This document shows positions 15,481-28,273 of a stretch of DNA of 64,000 nucleotides, piece by piece. The DNA is from Octopus vulgaris (lineage: Eukaryota), in assembly GCA_951406725.2 (NCBI GenBank), contig OX597822.1, forward strand, positions 46,066,001 to 46,130,000, given 5' to 3'. Positions within the stretch are counted from its first letter, which is position 1; every line of letters starts with the position of its first letter. The position numbers and the translations under genes were made by a program. The notes under the pieces were generated by a model. That model was not told where the DNA came from, did no database searches, and worked only from the letters and a program-made list of their open reading frames with translations.

Positions 15481-16198
15481 TTAATTCTTTAGCATTTAAA
15501 CCAGTGGTGCTCAACCATTTTTTGCCTATAGATCCTTTTGATCCCTATTTCACTCTACTGGACCTTCACAGTCATTCACTGTCTCTATAAAAAAATCCTC
15601 TTCTATTTTTATAATTAAATATCAGTAGGAATTTTATTAAGAAATGAAAATATTTTGTGTATTGTGGAAGTAGAAGCAATTTATTGTGGATAAATTTTGA
15701 TTACAGATCCTTATATGGGCTCCCAAATGCCATACAGAGAGAACTAATGATTTAAAAGAACTATATCCAGCCCAAATATTCTACCTGTTGTATCACAAAC
15801 CAGCCAGGTTTGGCCTCTCACACCTACCCTACCAAGCCATTCTAACAATATACAATGATACCATCAAAACTTTGAAGCTATCAGATAATTTTTTTTTTCT
15901 TTTTCTCTAGGCACAAGGCCCGAAATTTTTGGGGAAGGGGCCAGTCAATTAGATCGACCCCAGTACACAACTGGTACTTAACTTATTGACGCCGAAAACA
16001 GGAAAGGCAAAGTTGACCAATGGAATTTGAATTCAGAACATAAAGATAGACGAAATACCACTAAGCATTTCGCCCAACTTGCTAACACTTTTGCCAGCTT
16101 GCTGCCTTGAAGCCTTCAGATAATGCATGGTTAATTCAAAACTATGTAAATAAATAAACCTCACATTTGACAGAATGATCTGGATGCTAAAGAGTTAA
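15481..16198 (+). mobile_element. Composite: TTAA-flanked (piggyBac-like) MITE containing a hAT MITE (~15502-15750) and a family B SINE (~15890-16110, minus strand)
   Basis: Ends are ttaattctttagcattt and gatgctaaagagttaa. The inner hAT terminus is cagtggtgctcaacc. The SINE is flanked by the near-duplication tgaagctatcagataat / tgaagccttcagataat. Confidence 0.7.
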
Positions 16199-16824
16199 CT
16201 CTTTCGTAACCATATTTCAGCTGAAATACATTACCTTTCATTTCAAATAATTTTGAAAATAATGAGGAATTTAATGAAATAACCATGTTATTGTTAAGCT
16301 GGTAATAGGAACTAATTAGTACGAAATTTTGATGAAAAATTTTAATTTAGATCACTTCAATCTCAGGAATTTTACCCACTCTAGACACCACTTAAAATGG
16401 GTAATTTGATCACAGAACCAGGGGTGGCCTCAGGTGGGAGTCAGTATCAAAATAATTAATGCACAAAACACTCCTTTTTCCGTAAAATTTACTGTGGAAA
16501 TTGGGGTGTGTCTAATATGCCTACACATCCTATATACCATCAAATAAGGTAACTTAATTTTTAGAATGTTCTACCATAACGAAATCTCTTGTTTTAAAGT
16601 ATTCAGGTTTGGAAATTGAAATAGATTCTTCCATGTGAAAGAATGTGGCCTAGTGGTTACAGTGTTGCACTTATGATCATCTGATCATAGGTTCAACTCC
16701 CAGACTGGGCGGTGTGTTGTGTCCTTGAGCAAGACACTTCATTTTACACTGTTCTTGTGCTGTGTGGGGACCAGCATGTCAAAGAATAAACCCAACATTT
16801 CCTCTTGTGTTGTAAAAGGCAACT

Positions 16825-17190
16825 TAACCTTTTAGCATTCAGGTTATTCTGTCTAGCATAATGCCTATTTCATCACCGTCTAACATAATGCCTATTTCAT
16901 TTAACGTCTGTTTCCCATGCTGGCATGCGCCGGACGGTTTGACTGAAAACTGCTAAGCTGAGGAGCTGACTTGGCATGGTTTTAACAGCCGGATGCCCTT
17001 CCTAACGCCAACTATGCATATTTGAATTAATCATGCATTAACTTATAGCTTTGATATTTCGATGATGTGATTGTTTACTTTTAGAATGACACTGTTAGGT
17101 AGGTGTAAGAAGCCAGATATGGTCAGTTTGAACATAGAGCAGACGGAATATTTTGACTGGATATGGCTGGTTTAAATGCTAATGGCTTAA
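16825..17190 (-). mobile_element. TTAA MITE (same family as 15481) interrupted by an RTE-tail fragment
   Basis: ttaaccttttagcattc ... aaatgctaatggcttaa, with family E sequence at ~16900-17012. Further copies at ~9590-9718, 50780-50979 and 62280-62478. Confidence 0.65.
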
Positions 17191-20100
17191 AGGTGTTGAG
17201 GTAGGATTTGCATTCCGACCTCGTAAAACCCTCAACTGCCCAAAACAGATTCATAGGTTGGAGAGTTGTCACGTAAATGGTGCAAAGGGATCATTTGCCA
17301 GGAACAGTAGGGAATCAGCAAGAAATGGTAAATGCAGGGACACAGTTACAGCACCTGCTTCCATACTGCTACTACTCCCAGTTCCAAAGGCAATGGATTA
17401 GTAATGAAAAATCAAATTCTTGACTATTTCCAAGAGCTCACTTGAGCCCGCCCACTCTCTGTCTTATGATACAAAACTTCTGATTCAAAAACTGGTCATA
17501 TTTAAATTAAAACATTCCATCATAACCTTAATTAACCCCTTTGGATACCAACCCATCTGAGGCTGCCCTTGATTCTATGATACCTACTTCATGTTTTAAA
17601 GTGATCAGAATCAATAACTTCCATCAAAATTACTGTCTCAAACACCAACTTAATAACAACAAAATTATTTTACTAAATTCTTCATTAATTTCAAAATTAA
17701 TTGAATGAAAGTCAATGTATTTCAAGAGAAATACAGTAACAAAAGGATTACAGATATCTTATGTTACAGATACCAGCTTGAAAATGACAAAGATATTATA
17801 TTCTTATTTTGGGAAGAAGGCAGCGAGCTGGCAGAAACGTTCGCACACCAGGCGAAATGCTTAGCAGTATTTCATGTCTTTACATTCTGAGTTCATATCT
17901 CACCAAGGTCGACTTTGCCTTTCATCCTTTCGAGGTCAATAAATTAAGTATCAGTTGCATATTGTGGTCGATCGAATTGACTGGCCCCCACCCACAAAAT
18001 TTCAGGTCTTCTGCCTAGAGTAGAAAAGCTTCTCATTTTGTGAAGGCATTTAGTGGTTTGGGTTATTTGGCTCCTGAGTTCAATTCCTGGTAGCACATTG
18101 TGTGCTTGAGCAAGACATTTTATTTCACGTTACTCCAGTCCACTCAGCTGGCAAAAGTGAGTAGCACTTGCAATACAAAGGACCAGCCATGCTGAATGAC
18201 CCTGCGAACTACATGGAGTACTCAGCCACTTGCATGTTTATTTCACAAGCAGGCTGTTCCATTGATTGGGTCAACTGGAACCCACCGTCGTCATAACTGA
18301 TGGAGTGTGAGTGATCACTCATTGGTTATGTAGGGTTAAGAAAGTGCTTATGAGTGACAATGTGAGATTAAGTGTAAACTTTTGGATGGTTTTCTGAGTT
18401 TGAATGCATGTGTGGTAAGAAGTTTGTTTCTTCACCACATGGTTCCTAGTTCAGTTCCACTGCATGGCACCTTGGGTGAGTGTCACACAGTCATGTATGC
18501 AAGCTCCAAGGTGCATTCTTCACATGGGTTGATGAAAGCTTGTCATGTGTGTGTGTGTGCGTGGGTGTGTCTTTGTATTTGGCCCCACTACTGCTTGACA
18601 ACTGGAGTTGGTTTGTTCATGTCCCCATAACTTAGGGGTTCAGCATAAGAGACCAAAAGATAAGAACCAGGCTTTAGGAAAATAAATACCGGGCATCACT
18701 TGTTTGACTCAAATCCTATAAGGCATTGCCCCAGCATGGCCACAGTCCAACAACTGAAGCAAATAATAGAAAAAAAGACATCTCTGAGTGGCGATATGAG
18801 TGTAAGTGCTAGTTCTGGTTGTATCTGTGACCTTGAGCGTAGCTTCTGACTCAACACATGAGATTGAGTAAGCAACTTCTGACTGCAAATGTGCTTCAGT
18901 ATAGCTTAGTGTATCTGAGTGTGAGTGCACACTGGAGTTTGCATACACGAGTGTGAGTGAGTTCTTCAGAGTGCAGGGCTGTGTTTCTGGTGCATGGCTT
19001 AATCTGACAGTATGCTGCATTCAACAGATTGCACATCTGCACAAGTAATCACACAAGTATGCACACACTTGCACTCATACCTATGTGAATGAATAAATGA
19101 ATGAATGAAGGCCCAAACATCACGCACTTCATAAATTACTAAACAAAACTGTATCACTTATTCCCTCCTCCATTTATTGGTGGAGTGAAATTTCTTTCAA
19201 ATATACTGAATACTAATTTAATCCACACAGAAAAGACCTCTTTCTTTCTTTCTTTCTCTCTCTCTCTCCCTCTCCACACACACAAATACACATACACTCT
19301 CTCAAACACACACACACACATACTGAGGGTTGGTTACAAAGCAGGATGTGAATAGTGAAGCCTATCTATTTGGTGGGAGTAGAGTACGTGGAAGAAGGGT
19401 GAATGGAAAGTGTTGTGAAGGAGGGGGTGAGGCATTGGTGGGGATGGCCATGGGAAGAAGCAGTAATGCTGGCAGTGGCGTTGGTAGAAAACATGTAGTG
19501 GTGATGGAGGTGGTTGTGTTGTGATGGAAAGTTATTGCAGTTTAGCCAGATAAGAGAGAGAGAGGAGATAGAGGGAGAAAGAGAGGGAGAGAGAGAGAGG
19601 AGATAGAAAGAGAAAGAAAGAGAGGGAGGGAGAGAGAGAGAGATGAGAAGCTGTAGAAATTCATTACAGTAAAGAAACGCCATTAAATTCTTGATCCACC
19701 ATTGAAATTTGACAGAGTAAATAGGTAAACTGATAACTGATGGAATTAATAAATATATAATAAACATACGTACATGAATACATATATATTTATACACACA
19801 TATATATAATCATTTTATATACACATACATTTCTCTCCCCCCACCACCAACTACCTATGTGCATATGTGTATTTGTGTATGTATTTATATACACACACAC
19901 AAGCATATATAAATATGTGTATACACACACACACACACACAGATACAATATAATATGTATCGTATATAATATGCATCAGCATCCTTTTTAAGTCCACTTT
20001 CCTTGATACAATGAGTTGGATGATTTAGAAGGACCCAATTGGTCATTAAGACCAACTCTTGCTCCAGTATTCCTGCTTTGGCCTGGTTTCTAGGGCCAGA

Positions 20101-20758
20101 TGCCCTCCCTAACAACAACCACTTTACAAAATGTACTGGGTACTTTACTCATGGCGCCAGCGTTAGTGAGTCCACAAAATCAAAAAGCCCCCTTGAGTTA
20201 GAAGGGAGATAGGATAGGTGGTAGGGCTTTTTGAGAGAGGTTTAAGAGTTAAACAGTATGATGGGAAGAATAGGAACAGGTTTATTGTGGTGGAGAAGAT
20301 TCAAAGCCGTCTCTCATTTTACATGAGTAGATAGCAGTGGCTGAAATGGTGCCAGTTGGGGAACTGGAACAACATGTAGTGAAGTGTTTTGCTTAAGAAC
20401 ATAACACATCACCTGATCTGGGAAGTGAAATCACAATCTTACAATCATGAGTGCGACACCCTAACCACTAAGCCACATATGCACGCATGCACACACATAC
20501 ACACACATCAAGTTTACTTCCAGTAAAGTGGTGTGGTTGCTGCTGTACCTAATAGTATTACCGGTTGTGATATACAGAACAAATATAGGACAAACTATAG
20601 AAACATAAAGCAATAAAGTTCCCCTGAAGAACTATTGCAGATCTGCATACAATTGCACAATGAGCACCCACTGCAGAGGATGCAAATAGCCACAATAGTG
20701 AAACATGCATAGGGAACAAATAGTATAAACTGCATATTCTTCCTCCCCCTGCTCTCTT

Positions 20759-20759
<1 letters not shown>

Positions 20760-20825
<66 letters not shown>
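20760..20825. repeat. (CT)n(CA)n microsatellite; a UG repeat in the pre-mRNA just downstream of the 62-nt exon donor
   Basis: Directly visible, about 40 nt from the donor site. Confidence 0.9.
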
Positions 20826-20828
<3 letters not shown>

Positions 20829-20863
20829 AACTTACTGAACAGACAATAATGAAGATGACAAAC

Positions 20864-20925
20864 CTTGAAATATTCATTAATTTTTTTCCCATTGGCTTCT
20901 GGACGTACCACCTTTAAAACTGCAC
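20864..20925 (-). CDS. TLK: Next coding exon (62 nt, phase 1 to 0) of a probable Tousled-like kinase: (G)AVLKVVRPEANGKKINEYFK
   Basis: Acceptor tgtcttttgtttcag and donor AAG|gtttgt. The phase matches the 39138 exon (G+GT=Gly). GKKINEYF parallels the conserved TLK 'GHKISDYF' motif that follows the NLS. Confidence 0.75.
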
Positions 20926-21528
20926 CTGAAACAAAAGACACAATATTCAAGAAAACATCAAAGCAACATAAATAACTCAGTGAGTAAAATGGCAGCTTGA
21001 CCTGCTGGGGACAACAGCAAAATCTCCATTGCATTACACCCTATAGTCTTTAATGATACAAAAGATGCATTGAATAACATAATCTTACATATGCTCTGTA
21101 TGAAAAACAAAGCCATGGATCAGGATTGACCTGTAGTCCAACAACAGTAAACAGAACCTGAAGCAACATAACAATATGTAAAAAATAAGCAGTAACAAAA
21201 CATGTTTATATTGTACTGTTTGTGTTACCAATTTTGACCCTCTGCAAAATCCCAAATTTTATTTAATTTGCTTTGCAGGAGCAACTGCTTTATCGAAAGC
21301 GATATTGTTGTTAAATGCTCAAAATAAGAGACTAGAAAAACAGCCAACAACTGATGAAGGGTCATTCTTTATGCTGTTGGTTTGTTTTGTTTTCCATTTG
21401 TGTCTTTCATTGTTTGAAAGAATAGTTCATGTTCCATGTACTTGTGCTTCGTATTTTTTGTTGTACACATTTTGTGACGTCCTCTGCCCACATATGCATA
21501 TATATATGTACATATATGTATGTATATA

Positions 21529-21575
<47 letters not shown>

Positions 21576-21593
21576 TTTATATTATATATATGC

Positions 21594-21627
<34 letters not shown>

Positions 21628-21836
21628 AAGAGAATTAACAATATGTTAATAAATTGATGTTTATCTGTTAAAACTCTCCATTTTCTTCTTCTTATATACT
21701 GTATTGAAATATACCTATATATATCGAAGCGAAACAACCACCGAACTCCATAATATACTTAATTGGTGCCTATTATTAAACGATAAATACCAATACTATT
21801 AAGTAATACTGGACTCCTGAATGCTTCTTCAAAATA

Positions 21837-22070
21837 CAGTAATCCTTCGCCATATCAGGGTTCAACAACTGTGGTTTATTATTTAAACTTACGTTGATTC
21901 TTCCATGGTCTTGTTTTGCATTTATAATAAAATAAATATATACAAATTATAAAAATAATAAAATAAATATAAAGTACAGTACTGTTTCTACTTTGCAGAT
22001 TTTCATCTATCGTGTGTGGGGGGGGGGGGGCGGTTGGAACATAATACCAGCAGTAGTCAAGGGATTATTG
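21837..22070 (+). mobile_element. TA-flanked Tc1/pogo(Tigger)-like MITE
   Basis: ta|cagtaatccttcg ... caagggattattg|ta: imperfect TIRs with a TA TSD. Confidence 0.6.
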
Positions 22071-23519
22071 TATGAGATGAAGCTTGGATGTTAACATCCC
22101 TTTTTAAGAGATATCTGTATCCTCAAAATAACTATATATATATATATACACACACATCCTCATCATCCTCATTTAATGTCCATTGTCCATGCTGGCATGG
22201 GTTGGATGGTTTGACTGGGCTGTCATGCTGAGAGGCTACACCAGACTCCAATCTGATTTGGCATGATTTTGCATGACACTGGGGTGCATTTATATACCAC
22301 CACCATGGGTCCCAATTTGCATGGATTGATGGGTTTTCTTCTCAAGTACAACATAATACCAAAGGTCTCGATCATTGCCTCCATGAGGTCCAACACACAC
22401 ACACACACATATATATATACACACATGTATATCATGTGATTGATTAGATTATCAGATGCTGTTATACATCACTGGTCATGATGTGCTTTGCAAAGTTTTA
22501 GCTTTTGAATGATGCCACCCCACTGGCTAAGCAAGCAGGCCGACATTCACCCTGATTGGAAGGCTAGTGCATAGCAACATGAAATGAAGTGTTTTGCTCA
22601 AGAACACAAAATGCAGCCAATCTGGGAATCGAAACCCCATGAACTCATGATCTCATGATTGCAAGTGCAACACACCTAACCACTAGGCTACATACCTTCA
22701 CACACACACAGAGGGTTAAATTTGTTTAGGGTTTCTTGATTTCTTAAGGTTTTGAAGTATATATATATTTCTGTAAAATATATATATAGGGGTCTAAACA
22801 TAGGGGGACAAACAAGGACAGACAAAGAGATTAAGTCGATTACATCAACCCCAGTGCATAACTGGTACTTATTTAGTCAACCCCAAAAGGATGAAAGGTA
22901 AAGTCGACCTCAGCAGAATTTGAACTCAGAATGTAACAGCAAACGAAATACCACTAAGCATTCCCTCCAGTGTGCTAACAATTCTGCCAGCTTGCCACTT
23001 TGAGATTCTCCCAAATAATAACAATCCTTTTTATTATAGGCACAAAGCCTGAAATTTGTAGGGAGGCAGGTAAGTCGATTACACTGACCCCAGTGTGTAA
23101 CTGGTAATAATCTAATCAACCCTGAAAGGATGAAAGGCAAAGTCGACCTCAGCAGGATTTGCCTCAAATAATAACAATGAAACAATGATGACAAGCTAAA
23201 AATGATAATTGCAATGTGGTACTAAGATCCGCTAGAAATAACAGCCAAATCTCCCTAAAATCACTTCAACTATCTATCTTAAAAAGAAAATACAGAACAG
23301 ACTGGAAAATATAGTCATGATATGCAAAAATATTATATACATCATGTATAAAATAAAAAGAAAACAGGATGGTCACAGTTGGAACTCTTTTTATCATGGG
23401 TCTGTTTGAATAGGGTGGGAGGGATGGACATACTGGCCTAGGGCTAAACAATAACAACAGCAACAACAGCGGAATAATTAGTGCTGATAATAACTGCTGC
23501 TTATGCCATTCCGGTTGTT

Positions 23520-24143
23520 GACAATGATAGTGGTGATGGTGATGATGATGATGATAATGATGTTAGAGATGATAATAATGGTGATGATGATTATGATCAT
23601 GATTATGTTGCTGGTGATGACAAAGGCGGCGGCGGCAGTGGTGGTGGTGCTGCTGTTGATGATGATGATGAGGAGGAGGAGGATGGCGATGCTGATGATG
23701 ATTAATCCAATTTCATATATTTATTTGTTTTTAACAAATGAAATAATCAATATTTTCCAGCAAATTACTTGCTATATCACACACTGAGCATAATTCAGCC
23801 AATTATGGCAGCTTTTTAATGACTCCAATCAACAGAGATACTCATTTACACACTTATTTACTTATGTTGTTGTTGGTGTTGTTGTTGTTGTCGGATGTAT
23901 TTTGGAAGACACACTCTGGTGATGATAGAGTTGTGTGATATAATGAAACATCGAGGCTACGACAAATGAATGATGATGTTTGAAGGTGTATAATGATAGG
24001 GTAGTGGTGGTGGGTGTAATGGTGGCGGTGGTGGTGACAGTGGCTGTAGGTATTGGTGGTAGTAGGGGTGGTAGTATTAGCGGTGGTGGTGGTGATAGTA
24101 GTAGTGGTAGTGGTGGTGATAGTAGTAGTGGTAGTGGTGGTAA

Positions 24144-24188
<45 letters not shown>

Positions 24189-24250
24189 TAGTGGCAGGGG
24201 TGTTGATTATGATAGTAGTGGTAGTTGTGGTGATAGTAGTTTGGTGGTAG
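23520..24250. repeat. Compound (GAT/GGT/AGT)n low-complexity region
   Basis: Directly visible. Similar blocks occur at 26270-27000, 27370-27550 and 48490-48910. Confidence 0.85.
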
Positions 24251-25002
24251 TTGTACACATAATATCTTAAGGACAGTGTTGTACTTGCAGTTGTGGTTCT
24301 TGTTGTTGCCTCACACAGCAGGCAGCAAATTGGCAGAGTGATTAGAGCATCAGACAAAATGCAGCTCAAGTCCTTATTCTGTTTTTTTTTGTATGTTGAG
24401 TTCAAATCTCAGCCAAAACAACTTCCGGATCATTGACCCATCAAAGTCAATAAATGACAAACGGACCAGTCTAGTTTAGCAAACTGTTGGGAGCATCGAA
24501 CGTAACGTTTTGCAGGTTCTTAGGTCCATTGTGAAGTCCAGGACATAAAAGGCTGGAGCTTAACCTACTTTTCATTCCCCCCCTGGATGAGATACCAGTC
24601 CATCACAGGATTGACTTCCCAGCTATTGCTGGATCTCATTTACAGCTGAGTGGACTGGAGCAATGTGAAACAAAGAACTTTCCTCAGGAACACAATGTAC
24701 TGCCCAGTCTGGGAATTGAAACTATGACCTTATGATTGAAAGTGCAACAGCGTAACTGCTAGGCTGAATGCCTTCACCATTACAGCATCTATTCCAGCAT
24801 TTTTGCATTCAGCATTCCAATTCAACCCTGGCCTATTCGGCCTGGAGATTTAACCCATCCTTTCGTCCTCGGGTGCCTTTAGTGCAGTGGTTCTCAGCCA
24901 GGGGCCCCATGACTCTGGGGTGCTCATATGACCCTTGGGGCTCCATATAAGATTTTGTTGCTTAAATTTATGTGCAATAAACTGATTACAATGACAAAAA
25001 GG

Positions 25003-25465
25003 TTAACTCTTTAGCATCCAGATCATTCTGTCAAACATAAGGTTCTTTTATTTACATAGTTTTGAACTAATCATGCATTATCTGATGGCTTCAAAATTTT
25101 GATGGTATCATTGTATATTGTTAGAATGGCTTGGTAGGGTAGGTGTGAGAAGCCAAACCTGGCTGGTTTGGGATACGACAGGTAGAATGTTTGGGCTGGA
25201 CATGGTTGGTTTAAATCAATGGTTCTTGGCCAGGGTCCAATATGTTCTTTGGGAGTCTATATGAGATTCTTTTATTAAAATTTATCCACAATAAATTACT
25301 TCTACTTCCATAATACACAAAATATTTTCATTTCTTAATAAAATCCCTACTGATATTTAATTATAAAAATAGACGAGGATTTTTTTATAGAGACAGTGAA
25401 TGACTGTGAAGGTCCAGTAGAGTGAAATGGGGATCAAAAGAGTCCATAGGCAAAAAATGGTTGAG
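25003..25465 (-). mobile_element. Inverted copy of the TTAA-MITE/hAT-MITE composite (lacking the SINE)
   Basis: Its reverse complement aligns by eye along its whole length with 15513-15888 plus 16117-16198. Confidence 0.75.
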
Positions 25466-27905
25466 GCAAAGTGACTGAGTTCCTTTCGAACATTGGGCCT
25501 GATCAAGGCAAAGTGGCCAAATTCCTTTCAAGTGTTGGGTTTCATGGAGGCAATGACCAAGACCTTTGGCATTATGTCATGCTTGAGAAGAGAAGAAGAC
25601 CCATCAAGCCAATGAAAATCACAGTCGTGGCGGATACCAGTGTCACACATATTGGCTCCTGTGCTGGAGGTATGTAAGCGTACCCTGGTGTCACACAAAT
25701 GGCACCTGTGCCAGTGGCAAGTAAAAGCACCCATTACACTCTCGGAGTGGTGGCATTAGGAAGGGCATCCAGCCGTGGAAAACCATGCCAAATCAGACTA
25801 GAGTTTGGTGCAGTCTTTCAGCATGCCAACCCATGCCAGCATGGACAACAGACGTTTAATGATGATGATAATGATGACGATGAACCACAGCTTTAGTAGA
25901 ATCCCCCTCTGCTACAAGAATTCAGATTGGGGACACCCTCCTCCGTCTCTTCCAATGCTATCAGAAGCCCTGCAAAGGGTCAAGTGCAGTGCCCTTAACA
26001 CTGACTAACCAGTGGAGTGGTGGTGTCACAACCACAGTTCTATGTATAGCGTTGAGAGTTTCACACTTCAACAACAGAAACTAAACAGACATACAAAGGT
26101 GCAGGTATAGATGTATAGTTTAGAACTCAGCTTCTAAACCAAATGGTTCTGGGTTCAGCCCCACTGCATGGCACCTTGGGCTGACCAAGGGTTAAACAAT
26201 AATGACAGTAACAACAGAGGAATAATAGTACTGATGACAATTGCTGCTTCAACTGTTCTTGTTGATGACACTCAGTGATGATGATGATGATGATGATGGT
26301 GGTGGTGATAGTAATTAAAGGAATGAATGAATTAATTAAACTAGAAACATAGGGCAAGGACATGGCAAGTCCTTGAATAAAATGACAGCAATGGGGATGA
26401 TGATGATAATGATGATGTCAAGGGTGACAATAATAATGATGGTGATGATGATAATGATGATGATGGGGGGGGTGATAGTTATGATGGCAACAGTGGTTAG
26501 TGATGATGATGATGATGATGAGGAGGAGGAGGATAGCACTGATGTAGAATATCAGTGTCCGCAACATGTGGTAATGGTGATGATGACAATAACATGTAGC
26601 ATAGGTAAAAGAAGAGGCCATGTGATGGCCCAAGAAGCACAGATGTTAGAAAGGAAGGAAAGAATGCATCGTTAATAGGGTTGACCCTTTGTGTTAGGAA
26701 GGGGTGGGAGAGCAGAGGTGGAGGGAGAGTCTCTATAATGGGTGGAGAAGAAGTGCTATTAAGCAATGGCACAATGATGTAGCTGGGATGTGGAGATGGT
26801 CTCTTGGAGACGTAATGATATAATGGTGGCAGCAACAGTGACACTGGTGGTGGTGATGGCAGTGGTGGTGGTGGTGGTAGTGATAGCAGTATTGATGATG
26901 GAGGTGGCAGTGATGGTGGAAGCAGCAGCTGTGGTTGTAATGGTGGTGGTAGCAGTGACAGTGTTGGTGGTAGTGACAGTGGTGGTATGGCAATGATAAA
27001 TCAAGTATTAACAGGGGTGTGATGTGATGTGGAAGATGAGGTCCAGTGAGGAGAGTAAATGGGATGTTTTGCTCATTTAGTGAGCAAATTACAATTGTTG
27101 TTGTTGTACTAATTATTGTCTGTGGGGTTGTGGAATGTAAGTCAAAAGAGGGTGTGATTATGTTCTTTAGTTCAGGTGAGCCCTGATGGGGCCCAGATTG
27201 CATTATCACATTGGTAGGGATTGTGACAGTGCCAGAAGGAATTCCAGAGTCATTTTTTTATTAGGATTTTTTTTCTTTAAAAGGAAGGGGGGGGGAGACT
27301 TGGCATATTAGGAGTTTCAAACACTGACCAACAGCTACTGTTTGAGAATAAACAGCACCAGAGGATGCAGTGATGGAGGTGTGGTGGTAATGAAGAAGAT
27401 CGTGTAGGTGGTGATGGAGATAGAGGCGAGAGTGGTAGTAGAGATGGTGGTGGTGGTGATGGTAGTGGTGGTGGTGATGGTAGAGATTGTGGTGTTGGTG
27501 GTAGATGGTAATGGTGGTTGCAGTAGTGGTGGGTGGTGGTAGTGGTGAAAGTGAATCAGAGTAAAAGTTGCCTTGACAACACAGCTGACAAGGTGACATA
27601 TATGGGGGTGGGAGAGAAAAAGAGTGGGGCAGTGAATGCCAGTATATCACCTTCCTGCCATCACTACCACTGCCACCACCACCACCATCACTACCGAAAC
27701 AAACAACAAAAACCAACGAAAATGAAATAAAAACTGACCAATTCTGTTGTTCAATTAGTTGCATCAGAAATGAAACAATTGACCAAAGTAACAACAACAG
27801 CATCAACAACAAGAAGCAAACAGAAAACTAAATGAAAATTGAGCTGTGTAATAAATGTTATCAGCCATGTAGGAGATTGGAAGAGAGGAAGAATGGGGAA
27901 GATGA

Positions 27906-27907
<2 letters not shown>

Positions 27908-27990
<83 letters not shown>
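27908..27990. repeat. (GA)n microsatellite
   Basis: Directly visible, ~41 units. Confidence 0.95.
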
Positions 27991-27998
<8 letters not shown>

Positions 27999-28235
27999 CA
28001 AGGAAGTTAGAGGGGTGAGAAGATGAAGGAAGGTGCAGAAGTAGCAAAAGAAGAGAAGAAGAACCAATAAGATGGAGAAGCAGAGGTAAAAGTAGAAGAA
28101 CCAGGAACAAAATGATGAAGATGTAGTTTGAGTGTGTTTGTGTGTGTGTGTGCATTTGAAAGAGAAACAGAGAAAGATTGTGTGTGTGTATGAGTGTGTG
28201 TGTGTGTGTATGAGTGTGTGTGTGTGTGTGTGTAT

Positions 28236-28273
<38 letters not shown>

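Noticed and set aside
21351-21420. ctgatga motif as a hammerhead core
   Set aside because: No appropriately placed stem II or GAAA partner.
23481-24405. Asp/Gly/Thr-rich ORFs resembling mucins or acidic proteins (also 26373-27812 and 48426-48971)
   Set aside because: Trinucleotide low-complexity DNA that is open in several frames on both strands.
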